56,781 nucleotides of DNA from Candidatus Kaiserbacteria bacterium RIFOXYD1_FULL_47_14 (GCA_001781915.1 MFMU01000003.1:1188-57968); one strand, 5' to 3'. Numbered from the stretch's first letter, positions 34,246 to 44,728 are shown. Numbers and translations are program-made. Notes: a model not told the origin generated them from the letters alone.

Positions 34246-34635
34246 TCATCCTCCAGTAGAGAGCGCCGCCACAGTCGCTTGAATGCCGAGCGATATTGCC
34301 TGCGCGCCAAGCAGTATTAATGCTCCGACGACGGTCCAGAGGAGCGCATCTTTCGCTTTAGTAATTTCACCCGGCACGCCACGCGCAACGACGAAGAGAT
34401 ACCCGACATAAATGAGCATAAATATAACAACGATTGAGCCGATATAGACGACGAATTGCAGAATACTGGCGAGGAATGCAGATAGGCAATTGCCGTCGCC
34501 ACTACTGCAATCAACGCCCTTGAGCGGATTGATGAGAAAGATAGGGTCTGAAGAAGGAGTATCACTTGCTGCGAACACTATACCAGCAGGCAGACAAGCG
34601 AAGATAAAAAACAAAACGATGACGAGATAACGCAT
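34246..34635 (-). CDS. VirB2/TrbC-like pilin
   Basis: NPLKG; IYVGYLFVVARG.PGEITKAK.ALLW.VVG. Confidence 0.78.
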   Translation of the reverse strand: MRYLVIVLFFIFACLPAGIVFAASDTPSSDPIFLINPLKGVDCSSGDGNCLSAFLASILQFVVYIGSIVVIFMLIYVGYLFVVARGVPGEITKAKDALLWTVVGALILLGAQAISLGIQATVAALSTGG

Positions 34636-34662
34636 ATTATTTATGGTGAGCTTGTCGAATCA

Positions 34663-35961
34663 TTATTGCAAGAGCGCGGTCAAAGAACGCTCGGCAGAAA
34701 CGAGCGCAACAGAAAGCGATGAGCGACCGCTTATCACATCAGTAATCATACCCGAAAAGACAGCATCAGTATCGGCAGGCGTTGGGGATAGCCATCCTTT
34801 AGAATAGAGCGCCTCGGCATACGCGACCGCGGAAGCCGAGTCGGCTGGTACTGTCGCGAGTTCGTTTAAGACCACAGGTGCGAGCCCCGTCGCAGATACT
34901 GCGGCATTTTGTTCAGCCACATTCGTGAGAAGCACAGCGGTCTGATAGGCGCCCGATGAGTTATTCGCTCCGCGCGGAATCATAAATGCGTAGACGAGGC
35001 CGAAGGCGCTCTTTATAGTTGCGGTAGCTGGCTGTGGCAGAGGAGTAACGCTGAAGTTCAGATTCGGATTTGCCGTTTTGAAGAATTTTGCTTCAGAAGC
35101 GTAGCCAAGATAGAGCGCGAGGTCGCCATTCTGGAACATCTGCTGTGAATCCTGCAACGATGCGTTCCATGTATACGAGACCTTCGAAGGGTCGGCGAAT
35201 TGCGTATAGAAGCCGAGCACTGACTCCCCCGATGGCACTCCGCTAGAAGTATTTGTACCGAGATTAGCAGTGAGCGTCCCGACGGAAGAATGCGAGGAAA
35301 TCGGAACGCCTGCTTGTATAAAGAGCGCAGAGAGGATTCCTCGCGCATTATGCACATTGTCATAAGTACCGAGTGCGATAAGACCGCGCGTGATCTGTCG
35401 CGATGGCGAAAGGATTGCTACGCTCGGCACAAGACCCATCAAGGCCTCCCATGTAGTTGGCGGTTTCGCGATACCGCTCGAAGCGAGGATGGCGCGATTC
35501 GAGAAGAGGACGAGCGGATCAACAAGAAACGGTATTCCGTAATAGCCGCTAGGAGCAGCAAAAATACTCGCTTCTTCAATAAAGGTGTTCGCAAAGGCGG
35601 ATGTCGAAAGCGATCCTGACGGTATCGGAGCGATGAACTTCGCAATTGAACGCAGTTCCTCTTGCGAAGCGAGAACGAGATCAGGAGCGAAGCCGGTAGC
35701 TATCGCAGAAGCGAGATCGCTCGCAAGCGTCGCGGAGTTCTTTCGCACATACGAAACATTCTTGAGAAGCGGTTCGGATTGTGCTGCAGCAGTTAAGGCG
35801 GACTGCATCTCTTCTGTCGGCAAGATGCCCCAAATAACAACTGTACCGACAGCATTCCTGCTGTTTCCGCTATTAGAATAGGTTGCGAAGACGAAAAGAC
35901 CGACAAGAGCCGCAAAAATGAACACGCCGAACAAAATACCTTGGAATAAAGAAATTTTCAT
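34663..35961 (-). CDS. Extracellular solute-binding protein (sugar ABC type)
   Basis: N-terminal TM anchor; IWG; YGIPF.VD.LVLF.N; PP.TWE; F.NGDLA.Y.G. Confidence 0.8.
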   Translation of the reverse strand: MKISLFQGILFGVFIFAALVGLFVFATYSNSGNSRNAVGTVVIWGILPTEEMQSALTAAAQSEPLLKNVSYVRKNSATLASDLASAIATGFAPDLVLASQEELRSIAKFIAPIPSGSLSTSAFANTFIEEASIFAAPSGYYGIPFLVDPLVLFSNRAILASSGIAKPPTTWEALMGLVPSVAILSPSRQITRGLIALGTYDNVHNARGILSALFIQAGVPISSHSSVGTLTANLGTNTSSGVPSGESVLGFYTQFADPSKVSYTWNASLQDSQQMFQNGDLALYLGYASEAKFFKTANPNLNFSVTPLPQPATATIKSAFGLVYAFMIPRGANNSSGAYQTAVLLTNVAEQNAAVSATGLAPVVLNELATVPADSASAVAYAEALYSKGWLSPTPADTDAVFSGMITDVISGRSSLSVALVSAERSLTALLQ

Positions 35962-35963
35962 AA

Positions 35964-36500
35964 TTATGGTGCAGTAAAAATAATGCCGTAATGATGCGGT
36001 CCAGCACGGAATGATTTCACTTTATGGAATCCGCCATTGATAAAGAGCTCCTCGGCGCTATGCTCGGTCACAACTTGTTCTGGCGCAGGACCCATACCGC
36101 CGTAACTGCCTGCCCAATCGATAACCATCAGCTTGCCGCCCAATTTCAGCACGCGCCGTATCTCTCCGATAAGCCCATCGCGATTCTCGATTTGGAAAAG
36201 CACATTGGCGAGGATGGCCGCGTCTAGCGAAGCATCGCGCAAATGCGTACCACCCAATTTCTCAATGTCGCCCCAGACCGTATCAATAATACTGTGATGC
36301 GAGAAATGCGTGTTGAGTTTCAAATGTTTGAGGATGTTTTCCTGCACATCAATCGCATATACCTTTCCGTCATAGCCGACGATAGCCGCTGCCGCGCGCG
36401 CATAATGACCAGAGCCCGCGCCGAAATCGCCGACTTTCATTCCCTCGCGCAGACCCAAATGCAGCACATTCTCTCTTGGAGAACTGAAAGAAGCATTCAT
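35964..36500 (-). CDS. Class I SAM-dependent methyltransferase (start re-called)
   Basis: VGDFGAGSG, VYAIDVQ, RVLKLGGKL.VIDW. Confidence 0.85.
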   Translation of the reverse strand: MNASFSSPRENVLHLGLREGMKVGDFGAGSGHYARAAAAIVGYDGKVYAIDVQENILKHLKLNTHFSHHSIIDTVWGDIEKLGGTHLRDASLDAAILANVLFQIENRDGLIGEIRRVLKLGGKLMVIDWAGSYGGMGPAPEQVVTEHSAEELFINGGFHKVKSFRAGPHHYGIIFTAP

Positions 36501-36594
36501 ACCTATAAAATACCATGCGCGGCCCGCTGCGGGCCGCGCAATCAACACCCATCAACACCCTTATAAAAATACCTTGATCTCCTATACCCACAAC

Positions 36595-37350
36595 TGTGGA
36601 CACTAAGTGTCTACAAGATTAGTTGGAGCTATAATAATTATATGGGGTACCGCGAAACAGGACTCGGCGCATATGTGCATGTTTGTAATCGCGGAGTAAA
36701 GAAGATGCCTATTTATCGTCACGAGACTGATTTGCGGCGTTTACATTCCCTCTTGTTCTATCTTAATCATAAAGAACCGATGCCGGATAATTGGACTAGA
36801 GATATTGAGGGAGGACTTAGTTCTCTGTCTTGGCCATCGTCATGGCAACCGCGCGAACCGATAGTGTCGATTCTTGCTTTTACACTTATGCCGAATCATT
36901 TTCATCTTTTTCTAAAAGAAATTACTGAAGGAGGGATCGCAAAATTCATGCATCGCGTTTCAATGGCGTATTCAAAGTTTATTAATCAAAAATACGGCGA
37001 AAGCGGACGTCTCTTTGAGGGTACATATAAATCACGAATTATTGAAGAAGAAACGGATTTCAAAAATCTTGCGGCGTATATTATGGTTAAAAATACTTTT
37101 GAATTATATCCTGGAGGATTAATGACCGCCTGCAGAGAATTTGAACCGGCATACGCGAGTGCGTTACATTATCCGTTTACCAGCTTAAAAGATTATGAAC
37201 ACTCTGAACACATATCGCCTATTTTAGACCGCGAACTTCTTGGTGAGCTCTTTGACAATTCTCACTCTTTTAAGAGTTTTGCTCAGGAATGTATGCTCCA
37301 TCGACTTGACGAACTCACCGAGCATCATTTGTAGACACTAAGTGTCCACA
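36595..37350 (+). mobile_element. REP-flanked RAYT-like element 1
   Basis: Palindromes tgtggacactaagtgtctaca (36595-36615) and tgtagacactaagtgtccaca (37330-37350) bracket a Y1 transposase. Confidence 0.8.
36642..37334 (+). CDS. Y1 HUH transposase (RAYT / IS200-like)
   Basis: YVHVCNRG, LMPNHFHL (HUH), GRLFEG.YKS, AAYIMVKN (catalytic Tyr), YPFTS. Confidence 0.88.
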   Translation: MGYRETGLGAYVHVCNRGVKKMPIYRHETDLRRLHSLLFYLNHKEPMPDNWTRDIEGGLSSLSWPSSWQPREPIVSILAFTLMPNHFHLFLKEITEGGIAKFMHRVSMAYSKFINQKYGESGRLFEGTYKSRIIEEETDFKNLAAYIMVKNTFELYPGGLMTACREFEPAYASALHYPFTSLKDYEHSEHISPILDRELLGELFDNSHSFKSFAQECMLHRLDELTEHHL

Positions 37351-37541
37351 ATACTACAATAGGAAAATAAAAAAACCGCGAGGAATTAGGTTTTGTCTCT
37401 AGAGCTAGCGTTTCTGCTACTCCCAACCCAACACATCTCGCGGTTAACCGATATCAGCGTCCGCCAAGGTCTTTTCTCCAAATAATTTCCTTGGTAAGAG
37501 TTAGGGGTGGTCAATTCCCAACTCTGATAGAAACCAGAGTA

Positions 37542-40028
37542 TCACAGCGCCACCAGCGATGCAATAGAGTCGCCCTCACGCATTTTCATAATGCGGACGC
37601 CCTGCGTCGCGCGGGAAAGGAGTGAAATCTCGGCAGCTGAAGTGCGAATCACCTGCCCTTTTTTAGAAACGACGACAATTTCTTCTTCTTTTAAATCGCC
37701 CACGATAACGCGCGCGCCGATAATCTCGCCGGTCTTCGGCGTTACCTCTGCGGTCTTGATGCCAGAGCCGCCGCGGCCCTGTACTTTATATTCAGAAATC
37801 TTAGTGCGCTTGCCGTACCCCTTGCTCATAATGACGAGAAGCGAGGCATCACGGACCGCGGCGGAAATCACTTCAGCAGAGACGACTCTGTCGCCTTTCT
37901 TTACCGCCATACCGCGCACCCCGCCGGCAGTGCGGCCCATCTCGCGCACTTCTTCTGCTTCAAATCGAATCGACTGTCCTTTCGCAGTCACGATAGAGAC
38001 CGTATCGCCCTCGCCAGAGTGATGCGCGGAAACAAGTTTGTCGCCTTTCTTTAGATTAATCGCGATGATGCCTGAACGGCGAACATCAGAGAATGAACGC
38101 GCCGCTACACGCTTAACCGAGCCCTCTTCAGTTACGAAAACAATCGACGAAGCATCGAGCGCTGCGCCCTTCGGCACCGGCAAAATGGAAGTCACCTTCT
38201 CATCGCCTGCGAGCGCGAGGAAGTTCATTATGCTCTTACCTTTCGTGGCACGACGACCTTCAGGAATTTCATACATCTTGAGCTGATATGCTTTGCCGAA
38301 ATCAGTGAAGAAAAGCAAATCGTTGTGTGCATTCGTCACGAGGAAATGCGTCACAATGTCTTCTTCCTTCGTAGCGATGTCCACCACGCCAACGCCGCCA
38401 CGCTTCTGGCTCTTGTATTCGTTCGGATTCGTCCGCTTCACATACCCGCCTTGAGTTAAGAGAAGCATCGATTCTTCATCGGGCACAAGATCTTCAACAG
38501 AAATATTCTGTACGCCACCCTTCACGACGCGCGTACGGCGGTCATCGCCGTATTTCTCGGCAAGTTCACTGAGCTCTTGTTTTACCACAGCGAGAATCTT
38601 CGCCAGTGACGAAAGAATATCTTTCAATTTTTTTATAATCGCCTGTACTTCAGCGAGTTCGTCTTCAAGCTTTTTGCGTTCGAGGCCGGCGAGCTTCGAA
38701 AGACGCATCTCGAGAATCGCCGCCGACTGCAATACCGAAAAGCTAAACTTCTTCTGGAGCGCGAGCGATGCTGAAGGAATGTCCGCTGCCTTCTTGATTA
38801 TCGCGATAACCTCATCAATATGATCGAGTGCTTTGCAGAGACCGAAGAGAATATGCTCGCGCGCCTCTGCTTGTCGCAGATCATATTCGGTACGACGCTT
38901 CACGACTTCCTGACGGTGCTTCACAAAATGCCCGAGCATACCGACGAGCGAGAGCATCTCCGGCACACCGTCCACGAGTGCGAGCATATTATAGTGGAAG
39001 GTGCTTTCGAGCTCTGTATGTTTGTACAATGCGTTCAAGACCGCTTGTGGATGTGCTGTACTCTTCAACTCCACGACCACACGAATGTCCGAAGTTGATT
39101 CATCGCGCAAGTCGCGAATGCCTTCTAGTTTCTTCTCTTGTACCAAGTCTGCGATGCGCGCAATAAGCTCGCTTTTATTCACGCGATATGGAATCGAAGT
39201 AATGATGATGCTCGAGTCCTTCTTCCCATCGTCAATAATCTCCGCTTCACCGCGCACCACCACCGGTCCCTTCCCTGAGCCATAAGCATGCTTAATATCC
39301 GCATTATTAAAAGCGACACCCCCAAGCGGAAAATCAGGACCTTTTACGAATTGGAGCAAGTCATCAGTAGTCGCATCAGGATTCTCGATGAGATGAATGG
39401 TGGCAGCGACTACTTCGCGGAGATTGTGCGGCGGAATGTTAGTAGCCATGCCTACGGCGATGCCTAGCGTGCCATTGAGGAGAAGATTGGGCAATGCAGA
39501 CGGAAGTACATGCGGCTCCTCGCGCGTTGCATCATAGTTCGGATTCCATCTGACGGTCTCCTTCTCGAGATCTAAGAGAAGCGCTTCGCCAATGCGCGAC
39601 ATCTTCGCTTCGGTATAACGCATCGCGGCCGGCGAATCGCCGTCGATAGAACCAAAGTTGCCCTGCCCCAACACGAGCGGGTAGCGATAAGAAAATGTCT
39701 GCGCCATTTTAGCCATCGAGTCATACACTGCGACATCGCCATGCGGGTGATATTTACCAAGTACTTCGCCGACTACCGTTGCGCTCTTACGAAACTTCCC
39801 GCCGGGCATAAGCCCCATATCCTTCATCGCATAAAGAATGCGTCGATGTACCGGTTTCAATCCGTCGCGCACATCGGGCAAAGCGCGGGCGGTGATAACC
39901 GTCATCGCATAGTCGATGTAAGATTGTCGCATCTCGGCGACAATCGGCTGATCGATGACATTCGCGGCTCCGCCAGCTGGCGGATATGCCGCCGCGTCAT
40001 CTCCTTTTTCCTGCTTACCGCGCGCCAT
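37542..40028 (-). CDS. gyrA: DNA gyrase subunit A
   Basis: [29 protein letters not shown], GyrA-box QKRGGVG, beta-pinwheel repeats. Confidence 0.97.
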   Translation of the reverse strand: MARGKQEKGDDAAAYPPAGGAANVIDQPIVAEMRQSYIDYAMTVITARALPDVRDGLKPVHRRILYAMKDMGLMPGGKFRKSATVVGEVLGKYHPHGDVAVYDSMAKMAQTFSYRYPLVLGQGNFGSIDGDSPAAMRYTEAKMSRIGEALLLDLEKETVRWNPNYDATREEPHVLPSALPNLLLNGTLGIAVGMATNIPPHNLREVVAATIHLIENPDATTDDLLQFVKGPDFPLGGVAFNNADIKHAYGSGKGPVVVRGEAEIIDDGKKDSSIIITSIPYRVNKSELIARIADLVQEKKLEGIRDLRDESTSDIRVVVELKSTAHPQAVLNALYKHTELESTFHYNMLALVDGVPEMLSLVGMLGHFVKHRQEVVKRRTEYDLRQAEAREHILFGLCKALDHIDEVIAIIKKAADIPSASLALQKKFSFSVLQSAAILEMRLSKLAGLERKKLEDELAEVQAIIKKLKDILSSLAKILAVVKQELSELAEKYGDDRRTRVVKGGVQNISVEDLVPDEESMLLLTQGGYVKRTNPNEYKSQKRGGVGVVDIATKEEDIVTHFLVTNAHNDLLFFTDFGKAYQLKMYEIPEGRRATKGKSIMNFLALAGDEKVTSILPVPKGAALDASSIVFVTEEGSVKRVAARSFSDVRRSGIIAINLKKGDKLVSAHHSGEGDTVSIVTAKGQSIRFEAEEVREMGRTAGGVRGMAVKKGDRVVSAEVISAAVRDASLLVIMSKGYGKRTKISEYKVQGRGGSGIKTAEVTPKTGEIIGARVIVGDLKEEEIVVVSKKGQVIRTSAAEISLLSRATQGVRIMKMREGDSIASLVAL

Positions 40029-40061
40029 AATTGAAAATTTAAAAGTTTAAATATTTAAATA

Positions 40062-40418
40062 TCAGAACGGTATCGTCGTCTGTTCTGCCTTCCTCACTGG
40101 ACGCGTTGAAGACGCAGTGTCGACAATTTCGATGTGCGCCGACGCATTTTTATTCTGAAGCGCTGCAGCGGCGCCAGCAATCCCGCTACTAGCGGAATCA
40201 TAACCGCTCCCGCCACTAGTGGTCTCAATACCTCCTTGTACACCTGCATCTGCAAACGAGGTTCCGCGAACCGCGAAGGATCCTGTCGCAAGAGAGCCCG
40301 CAAACCACACAAAAGCGATGAGTGCGCTCACGCCCGCAGCGCTCGCGAAAGCAATGCGCTTCCGAATATGGTGCGGTTTCTGTTTTGCGTTTTCGATATG
40401 TTCAAAGATGGTTCTCAT
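40062..40418 (-). CDS. Hypothetical single-TM protein
   Basis: KPHHIRKRIAF followed by a TM helix. Confidence 0.6.
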   Translation of the reverse strand: MRTIFEHIENAKQKPHHIRKRIAFASAAGVSALIAFVWFAGSLATGSFAVRGTSFADAGVQGGIETTSGGSGYDSASSGIAGAAAALQNKNASAHIEIVDTASSTRPVRKAEQTTIPF

Positions 40419-40423
40419 ATCTG

Positions 40424-41104
40424 TTAAGGCGTTAATACCAGTATACTCCCATCGCGACCGATAAGATCTTTCTTCTTTAAGGTGAGTTTGTCTACTTTCT
40501 CGCTACCGTTCCCTGCTTCTTTCAAGAATGCTTCAAGCGCTTTTGACTGTCCGATACCACTCCAATGCATCGGTATGATAATCTTCGGCTCGAGCGAGAC
40601 CGCGAGCTCGTGCGCCTTTGCAGGAGAGAGAACGCCATCGTCCCCAATCGGCACGAAGAGCACATCTATTTCATCGATATTCTCTCGCGCTTCTTTCGAT
40701 AATTCTGCATCAGAAAGTGCTCCAAGATGTACGAGCGTCATATCTTCAAGTTCGACACTATATATTGTATTGACAAAACTTGGGGGTGAAACCCCCAAGT
40801 GATCTTTCGTAAGACCATAGTTGCTCTTAGAAAGGAATCCTTGGATAACAACGCCGGCGCGCTCGTATTCGCCGGGACCGGTAATAGCAAACGGTTTTTT
40901 GCCTGGCCTGAGTTTATTCGAAGGGTCGCCATACGCCACTTCTTCTACGCCATTCATATCCGGATGATCACGCGAAACGAGTGCAATATCCGCACCGAAG
41001 CGCACGGCGGGCATTGCCGACTTCTTGCTAATAGGGTCGAAAACAAGCGTTAAATCACCGAAAGTAATCTTGAAACATTGCCCGCCGTGATGCGTGATAA
41101 CCAT
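40424..41104 (-). CDS. MBL-fold metallo-hydrolase-like protein
   Basis: HHGGQCF.I, FDP, GPGEYE, IDVLFVPIG, PKIIIPMH. Confidence 0.8.
   Translation of the reverse strand: MVITHHGGQCFKITFGDLTLVFDPISKKSAMPAVRFGADIALVSRDHPDMNGVEEVAYGDPSNKLRPGKKPFAITGPGEYERAGVVIQGFLSKSNYGLTKDHLGVSPPSFVNTIYSVELEDMTLVHLGALSDAELSKEARENIDEIDVLFVPIGDDGVLSPAKAHELAVSLEPKIIIPMHWSGIGQSKALEAFLKEAGNGSEKVDKLTLKKKDLIGRDGSILVLTP
40778..40800. repeat. REP-type palindrome in frame within the MBL-fold gene
   Basis: acttgggggt-gaa-acccccaagt (LGVSPPS); same family as 51551-51593. Confidence 0.8.
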
Positions 41105-41143
41105 AGGTATATTCTAGCATAAAACGCGCCCGCGCGCTGGCTA

Positions 41144-41172
41144 TTGCAAATAAAACTGACCTCTGATATATT
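41144..41172 (+). promoter_or_regulatory. Sigma70-type promoter
   Basis: TTGCAA-17 bp-TATATT with an extended -10 TG. Confidence 0.6.
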
Positions 41173-41177
41173 CATAG

Positions 41178-41371
41178 GCAGACCATCTGTTCTCATTGAG
41201 GAAGGGTGCTCAAAACACAACGCGTAACATGCGCGCCAAACTGGTAAATGAGCTCACCCCTCAATCAAGAACCGATGTCTGATAGATCTTCGGCGTAATC
41301 GGGGAAGGAATTCATCCTCGACAACCGCTCACGCGCAAAAGGCCCGCCGAAAGGAGGGCCTTCGTTTTTTT
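41178..41371 (+). ncRNA. Candidate structured ncRNA (family unassigned)
   Basis: Starts after the promoter; long irregular hairpin 41179-41281; ends in terminator aaggccc..gggcctt plus T-run; no credible ORF. Confidence 0.45.
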
Positions 41372-41433
41372 ATATACTATGCTATAGTCCACTCGTTGCG
41401 TGCAGAGAACTAGATGTTGGCTAACACTGTATT

Positions 41434-41477
41434 AAAGGTTCGACCTTTGGCCCAAATTTCTTAAGGTCGAACCTTAA
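41434..41477. repeat. REP-type doublet upstream of rpsA
   Basis: aaaggttcgaccttt ... ttaaggtcgaaccttaa inverted pair. Confidence 0.65.
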
Positions 41478-41514
41478 CAGCACCATCTTCGAAAATCCGC
41501 ACCGCTTTATATAT

Positions 41515-42630
41515 ATGTCTGAAGGTAAGAAGTCCGTTCCGTTGCCGACCATTCATCTCGCTGAAAGCCACCCGATGGCCAGTTTTATTGATGCTATCCC
41601 GATGCCGCCTATAACAAGCGACCTCGTTGAAGGCACTATTATTGCGATTAGCCGTGGTCGTGTGTATGTCGATTTGCCGCCCTTTGGCACCGGCATTATT
41701 TACGGACGCGAATACCTCAACGCCGCTGATGTATTGCGCAAAGCGAACCCGGGCGACACGATTAGTGCAAAGGTCATTGATCCAGCTGGTCGTGATGGGT
41801 ATATAGAGCTTTCTCTTAAAGAGGCGCGCCAGGCAGCTATCTGGGGCGAGGCCGAAACCGCTATCCTCTCGCAGACGCCCTACTCGCTCATTGTTGAAGA
41901 AGCGAACAAAGGCGGACTTATTCTCTCATGGCAAGGTATTCAGGGATTCCTTCCTGCATCACAGCTCGCGAAGGAACATTATCCTCGCGTACCAGAAGGC
42001 GATAAAGACAAGATCCTCGGCGAACTGATACAATTGGTTGGCCACCCACTTTCCGTACGCATCATCACTGCCGATGCAAAAGAAGGAAAACTTATCTTCT
42101 CAGAACGCACTGAAAACGAGGATGAGGAGAAAGCATCGATTATCGACAAATACCAAGTAGGCGATATCGCTGATGGCGAAGTAACGGGTGTTGTTGATTT
42201 CGGCGTCTTCGTGAAGCTCGAACAAGGTCTCGAAGGTCTCGCACACATCAGCGAACTCGATTGGGGTCTCGTCGAGAATCCTCACACGCTCTTCGCGGTC
42301 GGCGACGCGGTGAAGGTCAAGATAATTGAAATCAAAGACGGAAAGATTTCTCTCTCTATTAAGGCATTGAAGGAAAATCCGTGGCACACTGCTGCTGATC
42401 GCTACAAGAAGGATATGGTAGTGCCGGGCGTTGTTATTAAATACAACAAACACGGCGCGCTCGCTTCTATTGAAGAAGGGGTTGCCGGATTGGTGCATGT
42501 GAGCGAATTCGAATCGCCGGCAGCACTGCGCGAGACGCTTGAACTTGGGAAAACCTATCCCTTCACGATTGCTCTATTCGAACCAAAAGAACAGCGCATG
42601 ACACTGACTTACACGGCGAAGAAAAAATAA
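41515..42630 (+). CDS. rpsA: 30S ribosomal protein S1
   Basis: Four S1 repeats: GFLPASQL, DFGVFV.L..GLEGLAHISEL, GLVHVSE. Confidence 0.9.
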   Translation: MSEGKKSVPLPTIHLAESHPMASFIDAIPMPPITSDLVEGTIIAISRGRVYVDLPPFGTGIIYGREYLNAADVLRKANPGDTISAKVIDPAGRDGYIELSLKEARQAAIWGEAETAILSQTPYSLIVEEANKGGLILSWQGIQGFLPASQLAKEHYPRVPEGDKDKILGELIQLVGHPLSVRIITADAKEGKLIFSERTENEDEEKASIIDKYQVGDIADGEVTGVVDFGVFVKLEQGLEGLAHISELDWGLVENPHTLFAVGDAVKVKIIEIKDGKISLSIKALKENPWHTAADRYKKDMVVPGVVIKYNKHGALASIEEGVAGLVHVSEFESPAALRETLELGKTYPFTIALFEPKEQRMTLTYTAKKK

Positions 42631-42693
42631 AAGAACAATCGGAGGCCTGATTTCTTTGTACCGCACTTGTATCTGTTTGTCTGCACTAAAATC

Positions 42694-43475
42694 TGTGGAC
42701 GCCTGGCGTCCACAAAGCGAAGCAATGTTAGGATGAAAATATGCGAAAAGAGGAATTTGCAACTGGTTCATATGTACATATAGTGAAGCGTGGAATACGC
42801 GGGTTGCCGATTGTTCGTGACGAAATTGACCGATTTCGGTTTTTGCTCATGCTCGCCCATTTCAATGATCAATTCATGTCTCTGAATTGGTATCGTGATT
42901 TAAAAGATGAGAATTTGCATAATTCTCTGCTGCGTCCGTCACACTGGCCGGCGCAAGAACGCCTTGTAAACATTATTGCGTTTTGTCTTGTTGAAAATCA
43001 TTTCCATTTAATTCTACAGGAACTTGCTGAAGGCAACATTGCTCGATTTATGCATCGACTTGGTACTGGAATGGCTAAACGGTTCAATGAACGATACGGC
43101 GAGCATGGTGCGTTATTTCAGGGACCTTATCGTGCAATAACAATTGACGACGACCGTTATTTTCGTTATGTAAGTGCCTATGTGCAAGTAAAAAATGCCA
43201 TTGATATGTATCCCGGCGGAAAGGATATCATTAAAAATGATTTTAATCGCACATACAATTGGATATGTTCTTATCCGTACTCAAGTATTGGGGACTATAC
43301 TGGCGATTTCAATAGAACGATTGTAGATACAACATTTCTTTCCTCATTGTTTACACCTGGCGAATATCGAGAATTTGCAAAAGATGTAATTCTCGGACGC
43401 TATCAACCTGACGACATAGACAAGAAACATCAATCAAAATTCTTTGATTAATCCTGTGGACGCCAGGCGTCCACA
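42694..43475 (+). mobile_element. REP-flanked RAYT-like element 2
   Basis: tgtggacgcctggcgtccaca (42694-42714) and its exact reverse complement (43455-43475) bracket a Y1 transposase. Confidence 0.85.
42741..43451 (+). CDS. Y1 HUH transposase (RAYT / IS200-like)
   Basis: YVHIVKRG, LVENHFHL, GALFQGPYRA, SAYVQVKN, YPYSS. Confidence 0.88.
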   Translation: MRKEEFATGSYVHIVKRGIRGLPIVRDEIDRFRFLLMLAHFNDQFMSLNWYRDLKDENLHNSLLRPSHWPAQERLVNIIAFCLVENHFHLILQELAEGNIARFMHRLGTGMAKRFNERYGEHGALFQGPYRAITIDDDRYFRYVSAYVQVKNAIDMYPGGKDIIKNDFNRTYNWICSYPYSSIGDYTGDFNRTIVDTTFLSSLFTPGEYREFAKDVILGRYQPDDIDKKHQSKFFD

Positions 43476-43487
43476 ATTATGATTACA

Positions 43488-44084
43488 TTATTTTGTGTTC
43501 GCAAACTGCGTGGCAAATTCGATACCTTCTACAATGAAAAGGCGCGCGGATTCGACAGCTTTTTTTAGAACTTTTTTAAAAGCGACTTCTTCGCTCGGTT
43601 TCCATTTACCAATAACGAGTTTAATAACTCTTTCTTCACCGATTACTTTCTTCGCTTGATTCTTCTTCCCTATTGCCGAGATGCCGACACGCAAACGCGC
43701 GAAATCCTTCGTTTTTATCGCGCGCATAATGCTCTCCACGCCTTTGTGTCCGCCACTCCCGCGGCCGAATACTATTTTTATAGTACCGAGCGGTAAGTCC
43801 AAGTCATCATGAATAACGAGAAGACCTTTTGCCGCCTTCGACGATTTTACAAACGCACTGACGGCCCTGCCGGAGTTATTCATCATCGTCTCTGGAAGAA
43901 CGAGAGTTACATTTTCCTTTCCTATCGCGCCCTTGCTCACGAGTGCATTGCTTGTTTTATTAAAAACAAACTCATCAAGGCCTTCTTGTTTCGCGAGAAG
44001 CTCGACCACATTCCTGCCAGCATTATGCCGCGTCTTTTCATACTCTTTCAACGGATTCCCCAACCCAACAATAACGAGTGCCAT
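43488..44084 (-). CDS. pth: Peptidyl-tRNA hydrolase (start re-called)
   Basis: IVGLGNP..Y..TRHNAG, P.T.MNNSG, HDDLDLP, GGHKG. Confidence 0.95.
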   Translation of the reverse strand: MALVIVGLGNPLKEYEKTRHNAGRNVVELLAKQEGLDEFVFNKTSNALVSKGAIGKENVTLVLPETMMNNSGRAVSAFVKSSKAAKGLLVIHDDLDLPLGTIKIVFGRGSGGHKGVESIMRAIKTKDFARLRVGISAIGKKNQAKKVIGEERVIKLVIGKWKPSEEVAFKKVLKKAVESARLFIVEGIEFATQFANTK

Positions 44085-44140
44085 ACGCGTATGATAGCAG
44101 AAAACTTGCATCGCGAAAACGCGCGCGTACAATGCACGAT

Positions 44141-44728
44141 ATGAAAGATATTGGAAAAGGTTTTCTGAAAGATCTTTTCACGCTCGCGCTCCTTATTGTT
44201 CTCGTGGTCATCCCGATTCGCGTTTTTATTATCTCGCCGTTTGTTGTTGATGGAGAATCGATGCATCCGACATTCGAAAATCTCGATTACCTTATTGTCG
44301 ACGAACTTCTATATCGTTTCAGCGCACCCGCACGCGGTGATGTGATTGTCTTCCGTTATCCGGACAATCCTTCTATCTTCTACATTAAACGCATTATCGG
44401 TCTTCCTGGCGAAACCATCTCCATTAATCATGGTGCGATTACCGTTACAACTACCGCTGGGGAAAATCTCACGCTTACTGAACCATACATAGTGAACGAA
44501 GACGCAACTTACACTAAGAATGTGTCTCTCAACCCAGAAGAATATTTCGTTATGGGCGACAACCGCCCAAAAAGTTCCGATTCGCGCGTCTGGGGTCCTT
44601 TGCCTAAAAAAGACATTATTGGCCGTGTTGATCTGCGGCTTCTGCCGATTTCTCATGGCGGTTTATTCCCAGGTATCGCAACTTATTCGTCAGCAACCTC
44701 AAGTCAAACGACGCCTACAGCACTATGA
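44141..44728 (+). CDS. lepB: Signal peptidase I (start re-called)
   Basis: GESMHPT, RGDVIVF, YIKRIIGLPG, MGDNR.SSDSR.WG. Confidence 0.95.
   Translation: MKDIGKGFLKDLFTLALLIVLVVIPIRVFIISPFVVDGESMHPTFENLDYLIVDELLYRFSAPARGDVIVFRYPDNPSIFYIKRIIGLPGETISINHGAITVTTTAGENLTLTEPYIVNEDATYTKNVSLNPEEYFVMGDNRPKSSDSRVWGPLPKKDIIGRVDLRLLPISHGGLFPGIATYSSATSSQTTPTAL

Noticed and set aside
36541..36560. Tandem 10-mer atcaacaccc x2
   Set aside because: Only two copies in an intergenic spacer, with no supporting context.
41178..41371. RNase P, SRP RNA or tmRNA identity
   Set aside because: No GAGGAAAGTCC / ACAGAA..CGGCTTA pair, no SRP domain IV motif and no tRNA-Ala-like ends; left unassigned.
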